From Candidatus Nanoarchaeia archaeon (GTDB lineage: Archaea > Nanobdellota > Nanobdellia > SCGC-AAA011-G17 > GW2011-AR17), in contig JBAZYQ010000001.1 in the NCBI GenBank assembly GCA_041659245.1, forward strand, positions 4,912 through 68,911: a DNA stretch of 64,000 nt, given 5' to 3'. Positions 29,345 to 38,738 of the stretch are shown piece by piece (the first letter of the stretch is position 1; every line of letters starts with the position of its first letter). The notes under the pieces are model-generated. The model had not been told where the DNA came from. It made no database searches and saw only the letters and a program-made list of their open reading frames with translations. Made by a program: the position numbers and the translations under genes.

Positions 29345-30832
29345 TTAAGCCGTTGTCAGAAGACAGGTGTCATTTCGTTTTCCTTTGGCTTTAAGCCCAC
29401 ATTTTTGCAGATTAGTACAAGATTCCTTATAGCTTACTATCTCTGTTACATTCAGTTTTTTAAGAACATTTAATAAACCGGTGCAATTGTTATTGTTAAA
29501 TGTGTCTGCTGCAGCAACAAGTAATTCTTGCTTTTCAATAGATACTTCATGGGTTGTCCAACCATTGGCAGTTGAAAGATTTAAGTAAATTGCGCCATAA
29601 GAATAGAATGCTCTTAAATAAGCATCTTTTGGCGGAACACCCAAGAATAAGTAAGTACCTTTAATTTGAGGCAATAATAGCATTATATCTTTAGCCAAAG
29701 GGCTATTTTCTTTGAAATAGGGAGTATGAATATGGGATAATGTAACACTTACAACAGGGAAGATTATTAAAATACCTAAAATGCCATACTTCATTAATCT
29801 ATTGATTCTATTTACGTCTATATTGAATAGGAAATAAATAATGCACATCAAAAATAGTAATAGGAATGAGTCGACATAAACTTGGTTTAAATAAGGAATA
29901 AATATCACTAGTTTTGTTATAAGCAAAACTGCCATTAAAATTACAGGCAGGAAAAAAAACTTAGTTTTATAGTTTTGTTCAGTTGATTTCCAGTATATGT
30001 AAAAGAGGAATATTAATGCAATAGATATAATAACGGCAGCTATGTTTGTCCATGCCCATTCGCTTCTAAAACTTAATGACTCACTAGTTAATGCATACTC
30101 GTATATCGTACTTTGGCTATAATCTTTCAAAAAAGGATACCACCAAAACGATGTTAATATTACTGTTATAATCGAGGATATTAATATTTTTATCTTTTCT
30201 TTGCTTATGAGAACAAAAGAAGCGAGCATGATGCCCGCCAATAATGTTTCCTGGGGGTGAGATAATATCATTATTGCAAATATAGGGATAAATAAGAGAT
30301 AGAATTTATTATCTATTTTGTGGTTTATGTACCATAAAATAATGCCTAAAAATGGAATAAAAAATACCCATGCGAAAAAATGCGGATAAGAACCAAGCCT
30401 TATAAAATTGCCTATACTTATCGGGTTTCCAAAGAATAATGCAAAAAAAGCAATTCTTTTAATTATGCTCCATTGCAGATATTTTCCGATTATGGCTATA
30501 AATATGGCAGATAAGAGATATAATACTATCATTGAAATATAAGATGCAATCTGTACATTTTTTGTAATCCAATATAATGGCAATGTAAAGAAAAACCAGC
30601 CAGGTGAATAAAACTTAAGCACTACTAGTCCCCCATACCATTCCGGAGCAATATTATGGAATCCATATTTAGCTAAAAAATGCAGCAATGTCATAAAACA
30701 ACTTGCATCATTAGCATAATCAAAAGGGAAAATAGTCATTATCTTTGCTTGGTCTATTAACCTGAAGATAATATAACTTATTAAAATTATAATAATCGGA
30801 TAAAAATATTTATCTTCAATGGTTTTTGGCAT
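29345..30832 (-). CDS. Polytopic membrane protein, GT-C-like glycosyltransferase candidate
   Basis: ~13 TM. Acidic first-loop motif FDYANDASCFMTLLHF, analogous to the DxDS motifs of AglB and the 15106..15600 fragment. Cys-rich C-terminal extracytoplasmic tail. Confidence 0.5.
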   Translation of the reverse strand: MPKTIEDKYFYPIIIILISYIIFRLIDQAKIMTIFPFDYANDASCFMTLLHFLAKYGFHNIAPEWYGGLVVLKFYSPGWFFFTLPLYWITKNVQIASYISMIVLYLLSAIFIAIIGKYLQWSIIKRIAFFALFFGNPISIGNFIRLGSYPHFFAWVFFIPFLGIILWYINHKIDNKFYLLFIPIFAIMILSHPQETLLAGIMLASFVLISKEKIKILISSIITVILTSFWWYPFLKDYSQSTIYEYALTSESLSFRSEWAWTNIAAVIISIALIFLFYIYWKSTEQNYKTKFFFLPVILMAVLLITKLVIFIPYLNQVYVDSFLLLFLMCIIYFLFNIDVNRINRLMKYGILGILIIFPVVSVTLSHIHTPYFKENSPLAKDIMLLLPQIKGTYLFLGVPPKDAYLRAFYSYGAIYLNLSTANGWTTHEVSIEKQELLVAAADTFNNNNCTGLLNVLKKLNVTEIVSYKESCTNLQKCGLKAKGKRNDTCLLTTA

Positions 30833-30956
30833 TTTTAAAAATAATTATAACCAATTTATAAACTTTATGTCTAATAAGGATAGGTGTGCTTAGAGGCAAT
30901 TGTCAGCATGTAGATAATTAATTTGAGCTATGACTTCTACTTTTTATCTAAAATTA

Positions 30957-33668
30957 TTAACGCTTAATCTTATCTATTTCAGGATCAGGTAGTTCATCTT
31001 TATAGTATTCCGGCGGTATCTTTAGACCTTCGGGATAATCTACTTTCCATATCTTTGTAGGTCCTATAAGCCTTCCTTGGTATAAAGCAAGAGGCATTCC
31101 CGTATTCTCATCTGAATAAGCCAGTTTTATGTAAGGCCAGTCTTGGTTAAGCAGGTAAAGCTTTGCAAACAAGCCTTTATACACTTCAGGCGAGAGATAT
31201 AAGGCTGCACCCAAGGGGTTAGCTTGTCCATTGGATTCGATTGTAGGGATTATCCTTAAGCATCCTTCGAGCATATCTTTGCCTGGGAATATATATTCTT
31301 GCCCATTCAGGTAAACACATTTTAATGGCACTTTTATTTGCTGTGCATTATATACGATAACTGCTTCAGGCTGCATAATCTTCTGAGCTATTTTTGTTCC
31401 ATTTGCATCTTTAACTTCAATATTCTGTATAGGCAGAAATACTCCTGCAACTCCTGCGGCATTAGCAGGAAAGAGTTTTCCCTGATAAATAAAGTCATCA
31501 TCCAGCGGCGTTCCGCCTGCAAACAAGTATACTATTTCTTCTCTTGTTTCCCTTATCTGGTCAGGCTGCATAACCATCGTTGAAATCCATGAATATCGGT
31601 CATAATTCCTGTCTGCACCTATCGATGAATAAGCAGGATATTTGCCTATTTCATCACTGATTATAAGCAAGTATGAAACATTTTTTGATTTCATAAATTC
31701 CAATGCTTCTGTCTCATTTTGCCCAGTAAGGATATGTCTTCCAACAAAGTAGTTTATTGCTCCAAAAGCATTTCCTCCATCGCTTATAGTGGCTCTATTG
31801 GCACCCCATTGAACCCAATAGCCATAATCCCACCAATGAGCAAAGACAGCATCTTCAGGAGTGTTATCTTTAGCCCATGACATGGCATTTTGCCATTGCT
31901 GGTTAAAGCTGGGGCCCACATAGCTTGCTTGGGCGCTTACATTTTTATAAAATCCCCAGAATGTTAATCCCACCACTAAAGCAATTAAAATAAATGCAGT
32001 TATCTTATATGCCTCTTTTTTGAGCTTTTTGGCCCGTTCAAATAATTCAATAGCGCAATATCCTGCAAGAACTGCCGTTACAGGCGCAAAAATGAACAGC
32101 AGTCTTATTGCGCTTCTTGCTGCAATTATCATGATTATAAACCAGATAATCATTAAGGGAATCATTATATCTATATTTAAAACGCTTTCATTGGCTTCTT
32201 TGTTTTTGTAAATATATTTTATATATCCATATCCTAATATGCCAAAGAAAACAATCAGTGAACCAATATAAACTATCTGGGATATTGGTGTTTCACCATT
32301 GAATGTTGATGAAGCGGAGTATCTGCTCATGCTGAATAGCAGTATGAATAATGCAAATGCGCCGGTAAGTATCCAAATATTCTTTTTTTGAATGGTCTTA
32401 ATCTTGCTTATTAAAACATAAAACATCAATATGGCGCCTGCAAAAAACAGCCACATATACAATGGTCCGAAAAAAGCTTCAAGGCTGCTGCCGCTTGAGA
32501 ACTGTCCTATCCAATCTGTAAAATAAGGCTGATGATTTTCTGCAACTGTCACCTGCCATCTGCTTGTTGCGAATGGGCTGGTTATTTGTTCATATACTTC
32601 GCGAAAAACATTTTCAATTACAGTATGCCCTTCTGTCAATAATAAGAAACCTACCCCTAACCCTATAGTTATAAGTAAAGCAAAGAATCCTAGTGGCATT
32701 TTAGCTTCAACTTTTTTTGTGAATGTGCTTAGTTTATTAACATTTAATATTATCCAGACTAATGATACCAAGAAGCCTATTAACATAACTTGAGATGTTA
32801 AGGAATTAGTAAAAGCGATAAAAGGGAATCTTGCCGGATAAAATAAATGTGCAAAAAGTATTAGCAATATCATCCAGATTGTATAGGCATAGAACTGATG
32901 CCTTTTGAATATACCCACCAGATTGCAAATTATGGTATGTACGCCTAAAGCTAGCATTATAAATATGTATCCACCCCATACGGCTGCTAATAGCCCTGAT
33001 AATATTCCTGCTAACGCTGCAAAAGGTATAAATTTTTGTGGTTTTTCTTCTTTTAATGCTGATACATAAAAATAAAGCGCTGCAAACATCAATGCAACAG
33101 CAAGGGCTTCCTTATCTGCCACTCCTGCCATTGTCCTGTAAAGGAATGCAGGCACTACTACAAGGAATGCTGTTGATATGATGGCAACCTTATGGTTAAA
33201 CATCTTTTTTACAAACAAGAAGAAAAATATTGCTGCTATGAAAAATGAGATTACAGGGTATAATATGGCTGCGTTAACCGTTGTTGCGTTTGGATTGAAT
33301 ATTTGCAGTATTTTTTGCAGATATGCAATGCAATTGGATAATATTCCAAATTCCCCCCGTGGATCAAAGCCAAAAGGATAATAACGTAATATATCATTTG
33401 CCATAATCTTGCCATGCACTGCAATATATTCTGCATATCTCAGAAAAGCATAGCTGTCAACATCAGGAAGCCATTTCCCTTGTAATAATGGCAGATTAAG
33501 AGTTCTTATGTAATATCCTAACCAAGCTATAATTACCATAATAATATAGATAATCCAATCTTTTTTTTGTTTAAATCTGCCTAAAAAGGCATCTTTTCTT
33601 TCTTGAAGCTCTTTTGTTATAGAATCAGAAGTACTTTGGGGTTCTTCTTTTAAGTCATAGTCTGTCAT
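30957..33668 (-). CDS. aglB: Archaeal oligosaccharyltransferase AglB (STT3 family)
   Basis: Signature WWDYGYW motif (AHWWDYGYWVQ). First-loop DVDSYAFLRY DxD motif. 13 TM plus a large C-terminal domain; 903 aa. Confidence 0.92.
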   Translation of the reverse strand: MTDYDLKEEPQSTSDSITKELQERKDAFLGRFKQKKDWIIYIIMVIIAWLGYYIRTLNLPLLQGKWLPDVDSYAFLRYAEYIAVHGKIMANDILRYYPFGFDPRGEFGILSNCIAYLQKILQIFNPNATTVNAAILYPVISFFIAAIFFFLFVKKMFNHKVAIISTAFLVVVPAFLYRTMAGVADKEALAVALMFAALYFYVSALKEEKPQKFIPFAALAGILSGLLAAVWGGYIFIMLALGVHTIICNLVGIFKRHQFYAYTIWMILLILFAHLFYPARFPFIAFTNSLTSQVMLIGFLVSLVWIILNVNKLSTFTKKVEAKMPLGFFALLITIGLGVGFLLLTEGHTVIENVFREVYEQITSPFATSRWQVTVAENHQPYFTDWIGQFSSGSSLEAFFGPLYMWLFFAGAILMFYVLISKIKTIQKKNIWILTGAFALFILLFSMSRYSASSTFNGETPISQIVYIGSLIVFFGILGYGYIKYIYKNKEANESVLNIDIMIPLMIIWFIIMIIAARSAIRLLFIFAPVTAVLAGYCAIELFERAKKLKKEAYKITAFILIALVVGLTFWGFYKNVSAQASYVGPSFNQQWQNAMSWAKDNTPEDAVFAHWWDYGYWVQWGANRATISDGGNAFGAINYFVGRHILTGQNETEALEFMKSKNVSYLLIISDEIGKYPAYSSIGADRNYDRYSWISTMVMQPDQIRETREEIVYLFAGGTPLDDDFIYQGKLFPANAAGVAGVFLPIQNIEVKDANGTKIAQKIMQPEAVIVYNAQQIKVPLKCVYLNGQEYIFPGKDMLEGCLRIIPTIESNGQANPLGAALYLSPEVYKGLFAKLYLLNQDWPYIKLAYSDENTGMPLALYQGRLIGPTKIWKVDYPEGLKIPPEYYKDELPDPEIDKIKR

Positions 33669-33770
33669 TCGTATTTATAGTCTTATGGTTTATTTAAATA
33701 GTTTTTGTTTTGATATTCATATATGGGCTTAAAATCATTATTTAAAATTAATGCTAATCCTTGAATTTTA

Positions 33771-34433
33771 TCACTTTTTATGGATAAATAAGATTATAAC
33801 TCCCAATAAGGGATAGGTTTTAATTTTATAATCCTTTTCTTCAGAACAATATTTTTTTAGACAGCTTTCAAGAGATTTTTTTGAAAAAAATACTAATGAG
33901 GTCCATGGCCAAAATCTGTTTAATATTTTGGGTCGTGTGATTTTATACCATAAATTGTGGTACGAAACAGTATAAGGTACGGATATAATGGCATACCCTC
34001 CTTTTTTTGTAATCTTTAGGTGTTCTTTGAGGATTTTAGCGGGGTCTGCAAAATGTTCAATTAAACCCTGACTCCAAACAACATCAAACTTTTCTTTTGT
34101 CTTTAATTTTAAGCAATTATCGTTAATAAACCTGCTATTTTGGACGTTTAATTTATTAAAATGGTTTCTACTTCTATCTAAAGATATATCTGAATAGTCT
34201 ACACCTGTTACCTTAGTAGCATAAGGTGCAACCATAGCAAGAAATGTGCTACTCCCACAACCTAATTCACAGAAATTTTCTACATTCATATATTTTTTTA
34301 AAATAGTAAAAAATCGTTTGTTGTAAAATATTCTACCAAGGTTAACAATCTTATTTATAATTAGCTTATTTCCCCAAATAGTATCCCATTCTTTTTTTTG
34401 TGCGAGCCGTTCTGCGATAAGGCTATCTGCCAT
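33771..34433 (-). CDS. Class I SAM-dependent methyltransferase
   Basis: FCELGCGSSTFL motif I; 220 aa. Confidence 0.7.
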   Translation of the reverse strand: MADSLIAERLAQKKEWDTIWGNKLIINKIVNLGRIFYNKRFFTILKKYMNVENFCELGCGSSTFLAMVAPYATKVTGVDYSDISLDRSRNHFNKLNVQNSRFINDNCLKLKTKEKFDVVWSQGLIEHFADPAKILKEHLKITKKGGYAIISVPYTVSYHNLWYKITRPKILNRFWPWTSLVFFSKKSLESCLKKYCSEEKDYKIKTYPLLGVIILFIHKK

Positions 34434-34554
34434 TTTTAATTAAAGGTTATTGCTTCTATATAAGTTTGTCGGTATTTTGCGCTTATAAACTGATAATCCA
34501 ATTAATTTTAAAGATACAAAATGCTTTTAAATCACTTATGTTCTTTAAATCACT

Positions 34555-36090
34555 ATGAAAATAGTATTAATCTCAACTTCAACTTATCCTTCTGACCAGG
34601 GACTGCGGACAATCTCCTCATGTCTTAAGAGGGAAGGCTATGATGTTAAGATGGTTTTCATGCCAATGGCGGAGGATTATTCACTTGAATATTCAAAATC
34701 AGTTCTTGGACAGCTTAAAGAAATATGCAAGGATGCAAGGCTGATTGGGATTTCTGCTTATGCTTCAACTTCAGTAAGGGCTGAACAGCTTATAAATTAT
34801 TTAAAACAGCTTAATGTGCCTATTGTATGGGGCGGGCCTCATGCAACAATTTCTCCTGATATGTGCATAAAGCAGTGCGATATTGTCTGCAGGGGCGAGG
34901 GTGAATATGCAATGCTTGAGCTTGCAAAGAGGGTGAAAGAAGGCAAGGATTATTCTGATGTTCCAAACCTGTGGGTTAGGAAAGGCGATGAAATAATCAA
35001 GAATGAAATAAGCAATATGCCTGACTGCCTTGACTGCTTTGCTCCTCCGGACTATGACTTGGAAGACCATTACCTGCTTGAAGGAAACAAGCTTGTTCCA
35101 TTCAGGGAAAAGCACCTTAACGGCATGATATTCTTCATGACAACAAGGGGCTGCCCGAATGCGTGCGCCTACTGCTGCAATCATCTTTACAGGCAATTGT
35201 ATCACGGGCACGGCAAATTATTAAGAAGTTACAGCATAGATTATGTAATCAAAGAGCTTCAAAGGCTAAGGGACAAATTTCCTTCGGTTGGCGTATTTGA
35301 CATTCGCGATGAAACATTTTTTGCAAGGCCGCTTTCAGAAATAAAGGAATTTGCAGAAAGATACCAAAAAGAAGTAGGTGTAAGGTGGAAGTGCCTTGCA
35401 GATCCAACAACGATGAGCGAGGAAAAGCTTCAGCTGCTTGTTGACGCAGGGCTTACTGACATAATCATCGGAATACAGTCAGGTTCTGACAGGATAAACC
35501 TGGAGATTTATAAGAGATTCATCAAGAGAGAGCAGGTTTTGAAGGCTGCAAAGATTGCAAATAAGTTTAAGGGAAAGCTCGCAGTGATGTATGACATAAT
35601 AACAACAAATCCTTATGAGAATCCTGAGGATGTTTTGGATTCAATAAACCTGCTGCGCGAGATACCAAAGCCATATTTCCTGTCTGTGAATAATCTTGTT
35701 TTCTTTCTTGGAACTCCACTTTATGAAAAGGCAATTGCAGACGGCATTATAAAATCAAAAAAAGACTCTGCCTCTCATTTGAATTATTGGGACAGGTGGA
35801 ACCACATAAAACTGAAGAAGAAGAATGCCTACCTTAATCTCATATTAAATCTGATGAGGGGGCCTGTCACAGACAAGAGATATGGGATAATACCTGCTCC
35901 TTTGCTGAATAAGCTGATATCCAAGAAAGCAGTTGATTATAACCTGAAGCATAATATTCCTACATATACTGCAGGGCAGTTTGTGCAGGCTGGGGATTAT
36001 TTCAGGGAGCACGTTGCAAAGCCGCTTTACAGGAACATGCTTCCGACTTCTGTCAAGGTATGGTATGATAAGGTTAGATATAGGGTATAG
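34555..36090 (+). CDS. Cobalamin-binding (class B) radical SAM enzyme, subfamily 1
   Basis: MKIVLISTST…LIGISAYAS…VWGGPH B12-binding-like N-terminus; TRGCPNACAYCCNH CxxxCxxC. Shares KEGKDYS / NLWV / CCNHLYRQLY blocks with 7345..8793. Confidence 0.85.
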   Translation: MKIVLISTSTYPSDQGLRTISSCLKREGYDVKMVFMPMAEDYSLEYSKSVLGQLKEICKDARLIGISAYASTSVRAEQLINYLKQLNVPIVWGGPHATISPDMCIKQCDIVCRGEGEYAMLELAKRVKEGKDYSDVPNLWVRKGDEIIKNEISNMPDCLDCFAPPDYDLEDHYLLEGNKLVPFREKHLNGMIFFMTTRGCPNACAYCCNHLYRQLYHGHGKLLRSYSIDYVIKELQRLRDKFPSVGVFDIRDETFFARPLSEIKEFAERYQKEVGVRWKCLADPTTMSEEKLQLLVDAGLTDIIIGIQSGSDRINLEIYKRFIKREQVLKAAKIANKFKGKLAVMYDIITTNPYENPEDVLDSINLLREIPKPYFLSVNNLVFFLGTPLYEKAIADGIIKSKKDSASHLNYWDRWNHIKLKKKNAYLNLILNLMRGPVTDKRYGIIPAPLLNKLISKKAVDYNLKHNIPTYTAGQFVQAGDYFREHVAKPLYRNMLPTSVKVWYDKVRYRV

Positions 36091-36099
36091 TTTTATTCT

Positions 36100-36750
36100 T
36101 TACTCTTTTTCTGCAACAATAATCATCTCTTTTTGGTTGCGCAGATATCCGCTAGATTTCAGAACAGCCATTGCAAAAGGCAATGGGAGTTTATAAAATA
36201 GAGAAAATCCAAAGGCATAATTGAATTTGGCAATCTTCACTTTGAATCCCACCGTATGCAATAAAGCCCATATTGCTGAGACTGTCCAGGCATACAAATG
36301 CCATGCTTTAAAATCAGGGGCTTTTATGCCTTCATTTTTGTTAGCCGGAAGTACAAGCACAAGTTTGCCTCCTTTTTTCAATACGCGAAGAAATTCTCTT
36401 AAATAATAAGCCGGCTCTTCCAAATGTTCAAGCACATGACAGCAAATTATACCCTCAATTGAACCTGAATCTATCTTTTTTATATCTTTTATTACATTTA
36501 TCCCTTTCTTTTTACATTGTTTTATTGCAAAATTGCTTATATCAATACCTGTTGAATTTTTCTTATGCATGAAAATATTTTGCCCCATGCCGCAGCCAAA
36601 TTCAATAAACTTTCCGTTTTTGCTGTTTTCAAAATACTTCCAATAAATTTTGTCAGCATATCTGGCACGAAACAGATAATATTTGATGTCACTAAGAAGC
36701 TTTTTATGGAACATACTATGGTAACTTTCTTCATATTTATTATTTTTCAT
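36100..36750 (-). CDS. Class I SAM-dependent methyltransferase
   Basis: FIEFGCGMGQNI motif I, LVLVLP motif; 216 aa. Confidence 0.75.
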   Translation of the reverse strand: MKNNKYEESYHSMFHKKLLSDIKYYLFRARYADKIYWKYFENSKNGKFIEFGCGMGQNIFMHKKNSTGIDISNFAIKQCKKKGINVIKDIKKIDSGSIEGIICCHVLEHLEEPAYYLREFLRVLKKGGKLVLVLPANKNEGIKAPDFKAWHLYAWTVSAIWALLHTVGFKVKIAKFNYAFGFSLFYKLPLPFAMAVLKSSGYLRNQKEMIIVAEKE

Positions 36751-36876
36751 CTTATTATTTGAGTTGAGTATCTTTAAATGCTTTTCGTGGATATGTACAT
36801 CTACTTAAACCCGATTTAAGTTCTGTGTTGCTTAATGACAAATATTTATAAATCGTAGACATCTCCCTTTTAGGGT

Positions 36877-38691
36877 ATGGACATAGAATCCCATGAAGAT
36901 AAAGGTGTAATCTCATCTTGCAAGCAAGGCAATGCTTTTTCAGAAATCAAAAAAGACAAGCTTTTGCTTTCCCTATTTTTAATCCTAATCCTACTGGGCA
37001 TAGCTGTAAGATTTGTTTATCCTACCGAACCCGGACTTTGGAATGATGATATGAGTACTGTTCCAACTGCTGTAATGTGGTTTTATCCTCATGATTATTA
37101 TCCTGGTTTATCTGCTCAGGGTGAGCCTGCTTTAAGTAATTATATCATCGGAAAATCCTGTATGCTTTCCGGACAAGATTTCTCTAATGTTTCTAAAATC
37201 AATCCAGTCTGGTTTCCGGATAGAGCTGTTTTACTGGGCAAGGCTATGTCTTTATCAGAAGATTATTGCAGGATTCCGATGTATATCTTTGGTTTATTAT
37301 TCTTAATAGTTATAACTATCTTAAGTTTTATGCTACTTGACAAATATTCTGCATTATATACTATCTCCTTTTTTTCGTTTTATCCTTCTGTATTGCAACT
37401 TAGCAGGTGGATACGCGGAGATATAATCTTATACACTTTTTTAGTTCTAGGGTTAATATTTCTTTGGAAGTTTTATATTTCTCCTAAATATTCTAAACGT
37501 GAGATTGTCTTTTTCATTATATCGATGGCTTGGTTTGCACTATCCTTGGGCACCAAACTGCCTGCTGCAGTCTATGCTTTATTTGCTTTTTTAGTCATGC
37601 TGGAAAAATACAAGGAAGTTATTTTTTTAGGAATAGAAAAGGCAAAAGGCTGGTTGGGGCTGACTTTTAAAACTAATTTCGGAAGCAACGAAAAGCCTCG
37701 TCCGTTTAGAGTTTTTGTTTTAGCAGTTTCTTCCTTAGTTGCTTATATTCTGATGCTGCTTCCCCCCTATGAATTTGATTTGAAAAACATATGGCTCGTA
37801 ATTCAAATGTACAGGCGTACTGCCGGTTCCATGGGGGAATTTACACTTAATCTGGATATAGGGTCTACTTTTTATGAATTTGTTCTTAATATAAATGTTA
37901 TTGATATTTTTCTCTTGCTCGGGGCGATATATATATTTATAGCCTTATTGTTAAAAACCAAGGACAAGAATGAAAAATTTATATTTATGCTGATATTGCT
38001 TTTTATCTTTATGTCTATGATTTTTCCGACAATATCCCTACTCAGGATTTTTACGAGTTTTGCATTCGGATTGATATTTTTGATGTCTCTTGTGTTGTCT
38101 TCTAAGCATTATTCTTTGTCAGGAATTTTAAAATTAAACAGCAAAACTACTAGGAGATTATACTTAATTATACTGGTTATATACATTTTTATCTCGGCAT
38201 ATATAACTTTTTCTTCTTCGCCATACTTTTTGCATCAAAATAGCATTATCTGTGCAATTACGGATTGCGTTCCTTTAGGATATGGGGATTATGCCGGGTC
38301 ACAAGCAGGGGAATATGCGAGTAATCTTCTTAAAAATAATAGTGAAGATACCTTTGAGATACTTGAACGAAATCAGCTGATATATTATTATGCTATGTCT
38401 GAACAACATTACTTAGCATGGGCATTTAGAGAATCATTTAAACAGCAAACAGGAAGGGCACGTAATATACAAAATATACTCACTTATTATCATCCCTATA
38501 ATCGGACTGTAAGATATTTATTTATAGATCCGAATTATAATTATCCTAGCGAATATGGCTATCCTGATGAATCTAGAGATTATATTGAAGCATTAAAATT
38601 AGATTATATACCTAATGACAAAATAGTATTAAAACATGGTTTTGAAGCATTTTGGGTATATGATTTAAAGAATTTGCAAAAAAGAATATAA
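36877..38691 (+). CDS. Polytopic membrane protein, GT-C-like glycosyltransferase candidate
   Basis: 604 aa, many TM helices. Acidic first-loop motif after TM1 (WNDDMSTVPTAVMWFY). Hydrophilic C-terminal domain. Confidence 0.5.
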   Translation: MDIESHEDKGVISSCKQGNAFSEIKKDKLLLSLFLILILLGIAVRFVYPTEPGLWNDDMSTVPTAVMWFYPHDYYPGLSAQGEPALSNYIIGKSCMLSGQDFSNVSKINPVWFPDRAVLLGKAMSLSEDYCRIPMYIFGLLFLIVITILSFMLLDKYSALYTISFFSFYPSVLQLSRWIRGDIILYTFLVLGLIFLWKFYISPKYSKREIVFFIISMAWFALSLGTKLPAAVYALFAFLVMLEKYKEVIFLGIEKAKGWLGLTFKTNFGSNEKPRPFRVFVLAVSSLVAYILMLLPPYEFDLKNIWLVIQMYRRTAGSMGEFTLNLDIGSTFYEFVLNINVIDIFLLLGAIYIFIALLLKTKDKNEKFIFMLILLFIFMSMIFPTISLLRIFTSFAFGLIFLMSLVLSSKHYSLSGILKLNSKTTRRLYLIILVIYIFISAYITFSSSPYFLHQNSIICAITDCVPLGYGDYAGSQAGEYASNLLKNNSEDTFEILERNQLIYYYAMSEQHYLAWAFRESFKQQTGRARNIQNILTYYHPYNRTVRYLFIDPNYNYPSEYGYPDESRDYIEALKLDYIPNDKIVLKHGFEAFWVYDLKNLQKRI

Positions 38692-38738
38692 CACTTATCT
38701 CCAATAAATTAATATTTAAAAATATATCTTAAGCATAT

